From IMG/VR virus record IMGVR_UViG_3300046616_000431, positions 48,363 to 112,362 of that record: DNA of 64,000 nucleotides; one strand, given 5' to 3'. This document shows positions 1-9,440 of this stretch, piece by piece; position 1 is the first letter of the stretch, and every line of letters starts with the position of its first letter. The notes under the pieces are model-generated. The model had not been told where the DNA came from and searched no databases. It saw only the letters and a list, made by a program, of their open reading frames with translations. This DNA comes from a virus. The position numbers and the translations under genes were made by a program.

Positions 1-13
1 ACTTCGATCGGGA

Positions 14-2218
14 GTGGCAGTAATGACGACGCCCCCACCGGGTAACCCCCAGGGTCTGACCGGTGCCCTGACGCGCCTGACGATGCAGCTGCAGGCGATG
101 CTGCACCAGAACCAGACGCTCAACAACCTGCCGTCGAGCGCCCGGCAGTACCTGCAGCAGGCCCGCCAGCAGATCGCCAGCCCGGCCGCGCTGCTGGGCG
201 GCCAGGTGCCGCCTCCGGCCGCGCCGACGGCGCAGTGGATAAACTCGGCGGCGGCGTCGTTCCTGAGCCAGGTGGTGCTCAACCAGCCGAACCGGGGCAC
301 CGGCCAGACCACCACTCCTACGACCCCGGGGCCGACGCCGCCGACCACGCCGCCGATTCCCCAGATGCCGTTCGGGCCGAGCCCGCTCATGTGGGGGTAC
401 CCGGGCGGCCACGGCGGCGGTAGCGGCGGCTACAACGGCCCCTACCCGGGCCTGTACCCGGGCCCCCTCGTCGCCCCGCAGCACGCCGGTGTGGGTGGCG
501 GCAACGGTGGCGCCTCGACGGGCATCGGCTCCTGGGCCCGCCAGAGCGCGCCCATGGTCGGCGCGCGCATCGGAGGCCCCTGGGGCGCCGTGGCGGGCGC
601 GGCCGTCGCTGCGTCCACGCAGATCCCGGCCGAGATCCGCAGCCAGCGCGACAAGAACGCCTACTACCAGTCGATCGAGGGCGGCTCCAACTTCGACGGC
701 TTCGGCGAGCGCATGTCGGAGGAGGCATACCGCTGGTCGACGTTCGGCGTGCTTTCCTCCGATGAGGCCCGCAAGGCCTTCAAGGGCGTCACGAAGCTGG
801 GCTACAACTCCAAGGTCGAGGGCGGCATCGGCCGCCAGGACGCGCTCGACTTCGTCTACCACGGCAAGACCCGGCGCGGCGCCTCGGTGGACGAGTCCCT
901 GCAGACCCTGCAGGTGAACAGCAAGAACGCGCTCGGCAGCCTCAACGACCTCAACGACGCCCTCAACGCGGTGAGCGACAGTGCGGGCAAGGCGGGCATC
1001 AACTCGCAGATGGCCCGAGCCGAGTTCACGCAGCTCATGGACCAGGCCATCAAGCAGGGCTACGGCTCGTCCGCCTCGGGTGTGGCCGCGCTGGAGCAGA
1101 ACATCAAGTCCAGCTACGGCCGGTCCTTCCAGGACGTGGACGTCTCGGGGCGCCTGGGCATCAACCGCGCGTACCTGGCCGCGTCGATGACGGGGACGAC
1201 CGTCTCTAACTACCTGACGGCCGGGCCGACGGCCAAGGGGCAGGCCGACTCGGTCGTCGACCAGAACGTGGCCAAGCTCGGCCTGAAGCCGGGCGTCGAG
1301 GCGTGGATCAAGCAGCAGATCGCCAAGTCCGGCGGCAACGTCAACGAGGGCGTCGAGCAGCAGATCGCCGAGGAGATGCTGCGGAAGTTCTACCCGAACG
1401 ACCCCATGGCGCTGGCGGCCGTGGTGGGCAGCCTGTCGGGCATGCCCAGCCTGGCCTCGGACGCGGTCAAGGCGGCTGCCTGGATCGTCAAGCAGTACAA
1501 CGGCAAGGGCGCTGCCGCCGAGGTGAAGGACCTCACCAGCGCGGACAAGGCGAAGCTCAAGAAGACCAGCCAGGAAAACAAGGTCTCCACCGGCGTCGGC
1601 GAGCTGCAGCGCACCTCCATGGACGACCGGGGGCCGAACGCGGGCAAGAGCAAGCTCGGCGACCTCGACCGCGAGCACTCCGGCGGCTTCCTCGGCTTCG
1701 GCGGCCACAACTCCGACGCCTACAACGCCTACCAGAGCTGGCACAAGAAGAACGGCGGCCAGGAGGACCCGGTCGTCTACGCCCTGCTGAACAAGATCCA
1801 CGGGGACGACAAGACGAAGGTCGCGGTCACCACGAAGGACGGCAAGAAGGTCGTCTCTCTGGCCGACGCGATCAAGCGGCACCGCAACGAGCTGGCGTCC
1901 GGCAACGCCGTCATCCTCGGCCCGGACGGCGGCAAGGGCCAGTCGGTCAGGGACCTCCTCGGCAAGGACAAGATCGACCCCCTGCGGGACTACTCCAAGG
2001 AGGCCAAGGCCAAGGAGAACTCCGGCGAGTCGTTCGAGGCCTGGGAGAAGAAGCACACCAAGAAGACGAAGGACGGCGGGAAGCTGGAGATCGGCCTGAC
2101 GGCCGACGCCCGGCGCCTGCTGACCGTCATGGACTCCACCGGCGTCTCCGGCGCCTCGGCGACCGCGTCCCCGCCGCTGAGCCCGTTCCCCTCCAACCCC
2201 AGCTACGGCGGGGAGTAG
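14..2218 (+). CDS. Probable tail tape measure / tail length protein (Pro/Gly-rich N-terminus, Ala/Gly-rich helical body)
   Basis: 734 aa; composition and position immediately upstream of tail-tube-initiator and baseplate genes. Confidence 0.55.
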   Translation: MAVMTTPPPGNPQGLTGALTRLTMQLQAMLHQNQTLNNLPSSARQYLQQARQQIASPAALLGGQVPPPAAPTAQWINSAAASFLSQVVLNQPNRGTGQTTTPTTPGPTPPTTPPIPQMPFGPSPLMWGYPGGHGGGSGGYNGPYPGLYPGPLVAPQHAGVGGGNGGASTGIGSWARQSAPMVGARIGGPWGAVAGAAVAASTQIPAEIRSQRDKNAYYQSIEGGSNFDGFGERMSEEAYRWSTFGVLSSDEARKAFKGVTKLGYNSKVEGGIGRQDALDFVYHGKTRRGASVDESLQTLQVNSKNALGSLNDLNDALNAVSDSAGKAGINSQMARAEFTQLMDQAIKQGYGSSASGVAALEQNIKSSYGRSFQDVDVSGRLGINRAYLAASMTGTTVSNYLTAGPTAKGQADSVVDQNVAKLGLKPGVEAWIKQQIAKSGGNVNEGVEQQIAEEMLRKFYPNDPMALAAVVGSLSGMPSLASDAVKAAAWIVKQYNGKGAAAEVKDLTSADKAKLKKTSQENKVSTGVGELQRTSMDDRGPNAGKSKLGDLDREHSGGFLGFGGHNSDAYNAYQSWHKKNGGQEDPVVYALLNKIHGDDKTKVAVTTKDGKKVVSLADAIKRHRNELASGNAVILGPDGGKGQSVRDLLGKDKIDPLRDYSKEAKAKENSGESFEAWEKKHTKKTKDGGKLEIGLTADARRLLTVMDSTGVSGASATASPPLSPFPSNPSYGGE

Positions 2219-2221
2219 GCC

Positions 2222-2878
2222 ATGGCTCTCGCGTCCCTGGGCTTCTCCGGCGGCCCGCAGCTCACCTTCCGGATCAACCCCAGCAGCATCAACTGGGGCT
2301 TCGACATCCACAGCAGCGTCACCCACACCGTCGGCGGCCGGGTCGTCCAGATCACCGGCGCGACGCTGCGGGACATGACCGTCACCGGCTACCTCGGCGA
2401 AAACCGCAAGGCGGGCGCGTCCCCGGACAGCCTGCCGGACCATGCGGGCGTCTCCTGGCGCCTGCACGAGGCGTTCATGGCCCGCTGCCGCCAGATCATG
2501 AACCACCAGTCCCGCGACGCCAGCAAGACCGGGAAGATGCACGAGCCCGCGATCTTCAACTACCCGCCGAAGGACTGGCGGTGGCAGGTCTACCTCAAGA
2601 GCGTCGAAGACCTCGACGGCAACGCCAGCATCGAGCACCGCACGGGCAAGTACAGCCACGGCTACAAGCTGACGCTGTTCATCGTCCAGTCCGGCTCGGC
2701 CAGCCTGGTCTCCGCCGGTGCGTCCAAGAACGAGATCGACGCCGCGCAGGCCAAGGCGATCTCCTCGTACATCGAGCGCATCAGCGAGGGCATCGGCTGG
2801 CGCCAGAGCCAGTACAACGGCGGCCTGTCCGACTCAGCCGCCCAGGAGAGCGACAAGGGCCAGAAGGAGGACAAGTAG
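2222..2878 (+). CDS. Tail/baseplate assembly protein (tube-initiator-like)
   Basis: N-terminal 'LTFRINPSSI' resembles the F..NP..I motif of contractile-tail tube initiators; position after tape measure. Confidence 0.55.
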   Translation: MALASLGFSGGPQLTFRINPSSINWGFDIHSSVTHTVGGRVVQITGATLRDMTVTGYLGENRKAGASPDSLPDHAGVSWRLHEAFMARCRQIMNHQSRDASKTGKMHEPAIFNYPPKDWRWQVYLKSVEDLDGNASIEHRTGKYSHGYKLTLFIVQSGSASLVSAGASKNEIDAAQAKAISSYIERISEGIGWRQSQYNGGLSDSAAQESDKGQKEDK

Positions 2879-3072
2879 TGGCTGCAGGCGAACGCGAGTG
2901 CATCATCAAGGTGCTGCGCCACATCGCGCCGAGCGAGCCCACCGGCCGTATCTGGGGACGCAAGCAGTCGGCCGACGGCGGGCAGGGACGAGAGGGCAAC
3001 CTGTGGGCCGCCGACCCGGAGGACCTTGCCGACCTCATCGTCGCCGAGCTGACCCGAGAGCGAGGGTGGTAA
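2878..3072 (+). CDS. Small hypothetical protein (64 aa)
   Basis: GTG overlaps the TAG of the upstream gene, AGGAGG RBS, stop overlaps the next ATG (TAATG). Confidence 0.6.
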   Translation: MAAGERECIIKVLRHIAPSEPTGRIWGRKQSADGGQGREGNLWAADPEDLADLIVAELTRERGW

Positions 3073-3302
3073 TGGCTGACCAGTGGGGGTCCGACGTTCC
3101 CGTCTCGATGCCGCAGCCGCTGCCGAAGGACGTCGTCGGCGTCGTGCACATGGGCGGGTTCGTCATGACCGAGAGCGGCCTCTTCCCTGACCTGTCGGCC
3201 GCCGACCACGAGTGGCTGTCCCGGCCTACCTTCGCGCCGTACAACCCGATGAACGACCTGGTCGAGTCCGTCCCTGACCCCGCCGACGACGAGGATTTCT
3301 AG
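3072..3302 (+). CDS. Small acidic hypothetical protein (76 aa)
   Basis: TAATG coupling with upstream gene; typical codon bias. Confidence 0.6.
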   Translation: MADQWGSDVPVSMPQPLPKDVVGVVHMGGFVMTESGLFPDLSAADHEWLSRPTFAPYNPMNDLVESVPDPADDEDF

Positions 3303-3523
3303 CGCTTGCGCCGTAGCACCACGATGAGCTTCAGCGCCAGGAACGGCCAGGAGAACAAGAGGTGCAACACGATGAGAGGGAGCTGATCTTCCAGGTCCCA
3401 GGCCAGGAACGACCCATCGTTCTTGACGGCCTTGATGGCAATCGAGGAAACCTGCGCCCAGCCGATCATCCAGGCCACACCGGTGATCACGAGCAGTGGC
3501 GTGACGATCGACTCTGGATTCAT
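3299..3523 (-). CDS. Small two-TM membrane protein, antisense within the tail operon
   Basis: 74 aa with two hydrophobic segments and basic C-terminus (LRRKR); fills the gap between plus-strand genes. Confidence 0.6.
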   Translation of the reverse strand: MNPESIVTPLLVITGVAWMIGWAQVSSIAIKAVKNDGSFLAWDLEDQLPLIVLHLLFSWPFLALKLIVVLRRKR

Positions 3524-3555
3524 TCTCCGGAGTCTACCGACTCAAGGAGGGGTTC

Positions 3556-4218
3556 GTGGCCGACAGCCGCAAGGGGCTGAACTGCACCCTGTCCTACCCG
3601 GACGGCAAGACCAACCGGCAGTTCAGGGTGCGTGTCGACTCTATCGGCCACGGCGTGACGATGGTGGCCGACGAGTCGAGCGCCCGTAACTCGCGCGCCT
3701 ACTACCCGCACCGGGTGGCGCCGTCGCGCTTCTACCTGCGGGTGCTCCTGAAGGGGTACGCGGAGCGCCGGGCGTTCTCCAACTGGATGCAGGGCTACGC
3801 CGACCACGTGATGAACCCGGGCCTGGCCGTCGGCAAGAAGTTCCCCGACATGCGCGTCATGGTGCCGTCGAGGAACTTCGACCGCGAGGGCGTGCCGCTG
3901 ACGGGGTTCGAGTGGGGTGACGCCATCGGCGCGATCCTGTGGACGCCGACGATCGTCTTCGAGACGACGGGTGAGCCCCAGGACACCGACTCCTGGACGA
4001 CGAGCAGGTTCGTCAGCGCTGCGGACCCGGACCTGAAGTACTTCTGGCCCGCCGGTACGCAGCTCGGCGGCAACGCCGTGCCGTCGGGCAACTACAACAA
4101 CGTCATCGACGGCTCCGACGGCGGCTCCGACGAGGGTCAGACCCTGGAGGACATCCCCGTGCATGCCCAGCCGAACGAGGGCACCAAGCCGAACGACCGG
4201 TACGACTACGGGAGCTAA
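3556..4218 (+). CDS. Tail/baseplate structural protein, hypothetical
   Basis: AAGGAGG RBS, 220 aa, within tail module. Confidence 0.65.
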   Translation: MADSRKGLNCTLSYPDGKTNRQFRVRVDSIGHGVTMVADESSARNSRAYYPHRVAPSRFYLRVLLKGYAERRAFSNWMQGYADHVMNPGLAVGKKFPDMRVMVPSRNFDREGVPLTGFEWGDAIGAILWTPTIVFETTGEPQDTDSWTTSRFVSAADPDLKYFWPAGTQLGGNAVPSGNYNNVIDGSDGGSDEGQTLEDIPVHAQPNEGTKPNDRYDYGS

Positions 4219-4264
4219 CGCGCTGGCGTCCGCCTCCGCCAAGAGACTACGGACACCAGCGCGT
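4218..4264. terminator. Hairpin, possible terminator
   Basis: ACGCGCTGGCGTCCG (4218-4232) pairs with CGGACACCAGCGCGT (4250-4264), one mismatch, directly after the stop codon. Confidence 0.5.
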
Positions 4265-4426
4265 GCAAGGAATGCCCGGACACCGTAGCAGTTCTCCTGT
4301 TCTCTGATCTGCCATTCGCCTCAACGACGCGGGGCCAGGCTCCCGGTCTGCCCCGGGTCACCTGGCCCCACTTGCAGCTGCCCACGGCGGCTGCCTTGTC
4401 CTGCCAAGGTACCTGATCCGACCTCG

Positions 4427-4460
4427 TGTCCGCACGCATCTGCCGCGCCCCAAGGGGCGG
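4427..4460 (+). promoter_or_regulatory. Candidate late promoter (TGTCCG...AAGGGGCG)
   Basis: TGT at 4427, AAGGGG at 4452 (25 bp); same motif before six other genes. Confidence 0.65.
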
Positions 4461-4462
4461 AG

Positions 4463-6955
4463 GTGGTCCAGATTCCGAACTTCGTGATGGCTCCTGGGGT
4501 CAAGGTCTACATCGCGACCGAGAAGCACGGGATCATCGACGTCTCGGACGACCTGGTCGAGGGCTCGATGACGCGGCGTTCCGACGGCGTCAGCTCGTTC
4601 AGCTTCTCGCTGCAGAACGTGCGCCGGAAGTACGACGGGGTCCTGTCGCCGAACGACCGCGTCGCCGTCCAGATGAAGCGCCTGAAGTGGGTGCAGGTCT
4701 ACACCGGCTACCTGAACAAGGTGCCGCTGGTGACGGCCTGGCCGCGCGTGGTTCACCTGACGTCGTCCTGCTCGCTGAAGCGCCTGCAGTACTGGTACTG
4801 GGACTCCCACGCCGAGGCCTCCCAGATGATGGTGAGGCAGGCGCTGACGGACGCGGGCAAGGAGTCCGGCGTCAGCGACGGCGGCATGACCAACGTGATC
4901 TTGACGATCCTGAAGAAGGTCGTCGGCTGGCCCGAGTCGAGGGTCCACATCGCGAAGATCCCCGGCAACTGGTTCGGCGTCGTCGAGACCCTGGCCAAGC
5001 AGATCAACGCCGAACTCGACAACGCGGACAAGATCGCCCGGACCCTCCTTGAGTCGCTGGGCACCGCTTCGGTCGGCGTGGGCGGCGGCGACGCCAGCTC
5101 GCTGACCGGCGAGTACGGCGGCTTCAACTCCTCCGAGCAGAAGAAGAACGGCGCGACGATCTACTCGGTCGGCAAGCAGAAGGGCGGCAGCACCCGGGAC
5201 TGCATCATCGCGATCATGACGGCGATGCAGGAGTCGGGCCTGGTCAACCTCGACCACGGCGACCGGGACTCGATCGGCCTGTTCCAGCAGCGCCCGAGCC
5301 AGGGCTGGGGAACCAAGGCCGAGATCATGAACCCGGAGTACTCGGCGGGGAAGTTCTTCGAGGCCCTGTTCAAGGTCAAGAACCGCGACAGCATGGAGCT
5401 GTGGGAGGCCTGCCAGGCTGTGCAGCGCTCCGGCCTTCCGAGGGCCTACGCGGCGCACGAGAAGGCCGCCACGGCGATGGTGCGCGACCTGGAGAAGGGC
5501 AAGAGCGGCGACAAGAACACGGACGACCTGAAGTCCAAGCCGCAGGGCACCTCCAGCGGCCTCGCGCTGGCGCAGACGGCCGTGAACTACTGCAGCAAGT
5601 ACCCGAACATCCCGTACACCCAGAAGTACGGCGGCACGCAGATGGACGTCCTGACGGCGAACCCGCCGCCGGGCCTGGACTGCTCCAGCTTCGTGCAGGC
5701 GATGTACCTGCGGACCATGGGCAGCCTCTACAGCCTGCCGCGCGTGGCCGCCGACCAGTACGCCTTCTGCAAGGACGTCTCCGTGGAGACAGCCCTCAAG
5801 ACGCCCGGGGCGCTGGTCTTCAAGGGCGGCTCGGCCAGCGGCATCTACCACGTCGAGATGTCCCTGGGGGACGGCAAGAGCACGGTCGGCGCGCACCGCG
5901 CCGGGGCCAAGCCGCACGATGTCGGCGTCAACCCGCCGTCGGCCGCTAGCTACTGGGACTTCGGCGGCTTCCTGCCCCGCATCGCCTACACGACCGGCGC
6001 GGGCGGGGTCATCTTCGAGGGCACGGACGGGGTCGAGGGGGCCGCCAGCTCCACCGAGCCTGTCGTCGAGCTGGTCACCGGCGCGGACGCGCCCGGCTAC
6101 AACCCGGACGACCCCTTTGACAAGATGTTCGGCGACAACGCCTGGCTGCCGATCTCGACGGCCGAGAACGACCCGAACTACGCCATGGCGCAGATGCTGG
6201 CGGGGCCGCGCGCGCTGCTCAACGACCAGCCGTTGCTGCCCTACCTGAAGAACCTGTTCAACTCGACGATGAGGTCGTTCTCCTCGGCGCCGAACGGGGA
6301 CCTGATCGCCTGGTACCCGGACTACTACGGCATGTGGGGCGCCGCCGCGAAAATGGTCATCGAGCCCATCGAGGTCCAGGACTTCGAGGTGAGCTGGTCG
6401 GACGACTACATGGTCACGCACCAGTTCGTGGTGACCAGCCCGCAGGGGTCGACGAACACCTTCGACCCGGCGACCGGCACCATCCAGTCGATCACCCAGG
6501 ACTACCTGGCCCAGTCGGCGATCTTCACGACAGGCGTGGTCTCGGTGGACTTCCCGGGCGTCTGGAAGGCCCTCTTCGGCATGGATATGACCGAGAAGCA
6601 GGCCAAGGCGTACGCCGACAACATCAAGAAGCGCTTCGGCGCCCGGCCGGACTACCAGCAGCTGCCGGGCCTGGTCGGGCCGAAGGCGCAGCTGTTCGCC
6701 GCGATCTTCCTCTTCATGAGGCAGTTCGCGTACCAGTACCAGGCGTCGGTGCCGCTGACATTCATGCCGGAGCTGTACCCCGGCATGCTCATCCAGATCC
6801 CGGCCTTCAACTTCCAGGCGTACGTCACCACCGTGACGCACACCTTCAAGTTCGGGCCTGACGGCTACTTCAACACGGCGGTCAACATCGCGGCTCCGGC
6901 CCGCCTCACCGGCGACAAGAAGCTGCTCGGACTCCCCATGGCTGGTGGCCAGTGA
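4463..6955 (+). CDS. Baseplate hub protein with internal lytic-transglycosylase-like and NlpC/P60 peptidase domains
   Basis: 'TAMQESGL..GDRDSIGLFQQRPSQGWG' lysozyme-like motif; 'GLDCSSFVQ...HVEM' NlpC/P60 Cys/His; C-terminal 'PELYPGMLIQI...YVTTVTHTF' hub-like region. Confidence 0.8.
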   Translation: MVQIPNFVMAPGVKVYIATEKHGIIDVSDDLVEGSMTRRSDGVSSFSFSLQNVRRKYDGVLSPNDRVAVQMKRLKWVQVYTGYLNKVPLVTAWPRVVHLTSSCSLKRLQYWYWDSHAEASQMMVRQALTDAGKESGVSDGGMTNVILTILKKVVGWPESRVHIAKIPGNWFGVVETLAKQINAELDNADKIARTLLESLGTASVGVGGGDASSLTGEYGGFNSSEQKKNGATIYSVGKQKGGSTRDCIIAIMTAMQESGLVNLDHGDRDSIGLFQQRPSQGWGTKAEIMNPEYSAGKFFEALFKVKNRDSMELWEACQAVQRSGLPRAYAAHEKAATAMVRDLEKGKSGDKNTDDLKSKPQGTSSGLALAQTAVNYCSKYPNIPYTQKYGGTQMDVLTANPPPGLDCSSFVQAMYLRTMGSLYSLPRVAADQYAFCKDVSVETALKTPGALVFKGGSASGIYHVEMSLGDGKSTVGAHRAGAKPHDVGVNPPSAASYWDFGGFLPRIAYTTGAGGVIFEGTDGVEGAASSTEPVVELVTGADAPGYNPDDPFDKMFGDNAWLPISTAENDPNYAMAQMLAGPRALLNDQPLLPYLKNLFNSTMRSFSSAPNGDLIAWYPDYYGMWGAAAKMVIEPIEVQDFEVSWSDDYMVTHQFVVTSPQGSTNTFDPATGTIQSITQDYLAQSAIFTTGVVSVDFPGVWKALFGMDMTEKQAKAYADNIKKRFGARPDYQQLPGLVGPKAQLFAAIFLFMRQFAYQYQASVPLTFMPELYPGMLIQIPAFNFQAYVTTVTHTFKFGPDGYFNTAVNIAAPARLTGDKKLLGLPMAGGQ

Positions 6956-7542
6956 TCGGCAGCGCAGCAACGCACGGGCTCGCCTGGTCCCTGAAGCAGG
7001 TCGTCCTGCGCGAGGTGGACCGGGCCAAGGGGCTGGCCCTCGGGGTCGACACCGAGGGGCAGTACGTCGAGGTGCGCCTGAGCATCCGCCGTTCGGGCAT
7101 CGTCCCGAAGGTAGGCCAGACCTGGCTGATCGACCGCGACTTCGGGGTGTGGTCCCTGGCTGCGCTGGTCGACCTCGCCCCGCCCGACGTGACCGGCGGG
7201 GAGTGGCTGCCGCTGACGCTGAAGAACGGCTGGACCGGCCCCACCACGACGGCTGACGCGCCCGCGCAGGCCCGCCTGAGCAACGGGTGGATCGAGGTCA
7301 GCGGCGTCATCAACGGCGGCACGGTACCGGCCGTGGGGGTCGACCTGGTGGTCGCGACGCTCCCCAGCGCCCTCCCGGCCCACTACAAGGGCAACGCTGT
7401 TCTGGCCAGCAACCTGCCCAGCGGGACGGTCGGCTACGTCCGCGCGGGCCTCCTGCAGAACGGGGACATCACAATCAAGGTCTCGCAGGCCTACACCCCG
7501 GCCTGGATCGACCTCAGCACCCTGAAAGCCCGGGTGACATGA
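6952..7542 (+). CDS. Baseplate spike-like protein with fibre-type C-terminal domain
   Basis: Follows the hub; N-terminal 'PKVGQTWLI' OB-like spike segment; C-terminal 'WLPLTLKNGW...VSGVI..G...ATLP' typical of phage fibre tips. Confidence 0.55.
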   Translation: MIGSAATHGLAWSLKQVVLREVDRAKGLALGVDTEGQYVEVRLSIRRSGIVPKVGQTWLIDRDFGVWSLAALVDLAPPDVTGGEWLPLTLKNGWTGPTTTADAPAQARLSNGWIEVSGVINGGTVPAVGVDLVVATLPSALPAHYKGNAVLASNLPSGTVGYVRAGLLQNGDITIKVSQAYTPAWIDLSTLKARVT

Positions 7543-7543
7543 A

Positions 7544-7571
7544 AAAAGTGAGACCCATGGGTCTCACTTTT
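7544..7571. repeat. 28-bp perfect palindrome AAAAGTGAGACCCATGGGTCTCACTTTT
   Basis: Read directly; lies between convergent genes; could be a bidirectional terminator and/or a protein-binding site. Confidence 0.85.
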
Positions 7572-7581
7572 CCCGCCCTCA

Positions 7582-7643
7582 AAAACTGTGACATGCATGT
7601 CACAGAACTGGGGCTCCGAAAACTGTGACATGCATGTCACAGA
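7582..7643. repeat. Two direct copies of the 20-bp palindrome CTGTGACATGCATGTCACAG (7586-7605, 7623-7642); candidate parS centromere
   Basis: 25-bp direct repeat with 37-bp period immediately downstream of the parA operon. Confidence 0.8.
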
Positions 7644-7650
7644 TCCGAGG

Positions 7651-8535
7651 TCAGCTCTTGAGCAAGCCTTCAGCCTCGGCCAGCCTCTGCTTCATCTCAT
7701 CGACATACTCCTGAGCGGACTGCCGGTCGACCGTGACCAGCTCCTTGAGGAGCCCCAGGTCGATCTTTCCGGCGGCCCGAGCCTCCTTCAGGCGGACATC
7801 GACAGGGCGCGACTGGCGGGCGCCGATCGCCTTCGGCTCCTGCGCAGCGGCGGCACTGGCGTCCATTAGGCGGCGGAGATTCTTTACCGCCGAGACGGTC
7901 ACCGGCCCTTCGGCTGCCAGCTCGTCGTACTTGGCCCGGAGGAGGTCGGGGTCATCCTTACCCAGGGCGTAGAGCTGCTCGACCACCAGCTGCGCCAGCG
8001 GAGTGGTCACTCGACTCCCCAGCGTCGAGTAGACAACGTAGTGCCGGATCGCGCGGTAGTAGACGTGCCGCTCGATGCCGATCGCCTTGGCGAACTTCTC
8101 AACGGACTTGTGGCCGCCCGCCGTGTAGCTGCCCTTCTTCTGAACCTCGGCGAACCAGCGGCCGGTGAGGATCCAGTAGTTGGTCTCGATCTGGGCGAAC
8201 CCGTTCCCGGCCGCTTCGCCGACCTTGCGGATCTGGCGTTCCGCGTGAGCAAGGTGCTGCAAGTCGGAAGAGTCATCCGGCGCCTGGACGTACTCGAAGG
8301 GGTTCGAGGGCTCCGGGGAGTGGATGATCCCTTCGAGAGGCGCCGGGGCGACCTGGTGCGGCACCTCGACCTCGGCCGGGGCGCTCGCTGCAGCCTGGGC
8401 GGCCTCCGTCAGTGCGGGGTCGTCCTCCCCTCGCCGGGCGACCGGCTTGACGGCGGCCAGCGCAGCTGCACCCTTCGCCGCCCGCCTCTCGGCCGCCGTC
8501 TTCGGTCCCTGCTTGGTTCCTTCTCCGAGCCTCAC
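7651..8535 (-). CDS. Putative centromere-binding partner of ParA (atypical ParB-like, 294 aa)
   Basis: GTG overlaps the parA stop (GTGA); low-complexity N-terminus then helical/HTH-like region 'SVEKFAKAIGIERHVYYRAI'; no canonical ParB GxxR motif seen. Confidence 0.6.
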   Translation of the reverse strand: MRLGEGTKQGPKTAAERRAAKGAAALAAVKPVARRGEDDPALTEAAQAAASAPAEVEVPHQVAPAPLEGIIHSPEPSNPFEYVQAPDDSSDLQHLAHAERQIRKVGEAAGNGFAQIETNYWILTGRWFAEVQKKGSYTAGGHKSVEKFAKAIGIERHVYYRAIRHYVVYSTLGSRVTTPLAQLVVEQLYALGKDDPDLLRAKYDELAAEGPVTVSAVKNLRRLMDASAAAAQEPKAIGARQSRPVDVRLKEARAAGKIDLGLLKELVTVDRQSAQEYVDEMKQRLAEAEGLLKS

Positions 8536-9323
8536 GCGGCCTGCTCCTCTTCCTTGATGGCCTCGCGCAGTACGTGACGCACGAGGTGGCTGAACTCGTC
8601 GAGATCGGAGAGCGTGGGGGTCTCCTCCCAGGCTCGGGTGTAGTGCGTGCGGCCACTGACGTCGAAGTAGGGGTGCACGAACGGGACCGGGATGAAGTCC
8701 GGGTCGCGCTCGCTCAGGTCGGTCGCCAGGATGGCCCGCTGCTCTTCGGGGAGCGAGGTCGCGAACTTGCAGGCGACAAAGAAGTAGTGGACGCCGAGCC
8801 CGTTCTCGTTCAGCCGGGCCGCCCTGGCTGCGGTCTGCAGGGTGGCCTGGATGCGGACGGTCTCCCAGCCGGACGGGGCGCTCGGCATCAGGAGGAGATC
8901 CCCCTGAATGCAGAGATCGGTAAAGGCTTCCTTGTCGCCTCCGCCGAGGTCCACGAGGACGACGTCGTAGTCGGCCTTCAGCTCCTTGATGCGCTTCTCC
9001 AGCGTCGGCCCCTTCTGGTCGTTCACGTTGTGCTCGACGAGGGCAAAGGGGACCTTCTCCCCGAGCGCATCGCGGATGGCGACCCAGGTGGCCAGGGTCT
9101 GGCTGTTGAAGTCGGTGTCGACGATGACGACTCGCATTCCGAGGGTCCGGGCGAACCACAGGGCGAGGTAGAGGGTCGAGGTCGACTTGCCGGTGCCGCC
9201 CTTGAGGACACCGATGCCGACGGCGAGACCTCCTCGGGATCGGATCCAGTCCTTGATCTGGGCGACGGGCGCCATGAGCCTCTTCAGCTCTCGGTCGTCC
9301 CTGGGTTTGTGCTTGGGGTTCAT
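8532..9323 (-). CDS. parA: ParA-family partition ATPase
   Basis: Deviant Walker A KGGTGKST, 'VIVDTD..SQ', 'YDVVLVD'; AGGAG RBS before ATG at 9323. Confidence 0.9.
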   Translation of the reverse strand: MNPKHKPRDDRELKRLMAPVAQIKDWIRSRGGLAVGIGVLKGGTGKSTSTLYLALWFARTLGMRVVIVDTDFNSQTLATWVAIRDALGEKVPFALVEHNVNDQKGPTLEKRIKELKADYDVVLVDLGGGDKEAFTDLCIQGDLLLMPSAPSGWETVRIQATLQTAARAARLNENGLGVHYFFVACKFATSLPEEQRAILATDLSERDPDFIPVPFVHPYFDVSGRTHYTRAWEETPTLSDLDEFSHLVRHVLREAIKEEEQAA

Positions 9324-9394
9324 GTGCTCTCCTGATTGGCGGGCTGTGGGGGCCATCCTGCCGCAAGATCCCGCCTCTCAGGCGCACCCGGTCA

Positions 9395-9428
9395 TGTCTC
9401 GGCCCGTCACCGCGCCTCTCAAGGGGCG
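9395..9428 (+). promoter_or_regulatory. Candidate late promoter (TGTCTC...AAGGGGCG)
   Basis: TGT 9395, AAGGGG 9421 (26 bp); restarts the baseplate operon after the par cassette. Confidence 0.6.
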
Positions 9429-9440
9429 AGGAGGTGGCGA

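Noticed and set aside
4358-6970. Long antisense or alternate-frame ORFs (e.g. 4358-6970, 14788-17610, 27169-29265, 41003-43990, 55507-57654)
   Set aside because: Shadow ORFs typical of high-GC3 genes; they fully overlap well-supported CDSs and show no recognisable motifs
7651-9387. 578-aa ORF as a single protein
   Set aside because: Its 5' half overlaps parA out of frame; the likely start is the GTG at 8535 coupled to the parA stop
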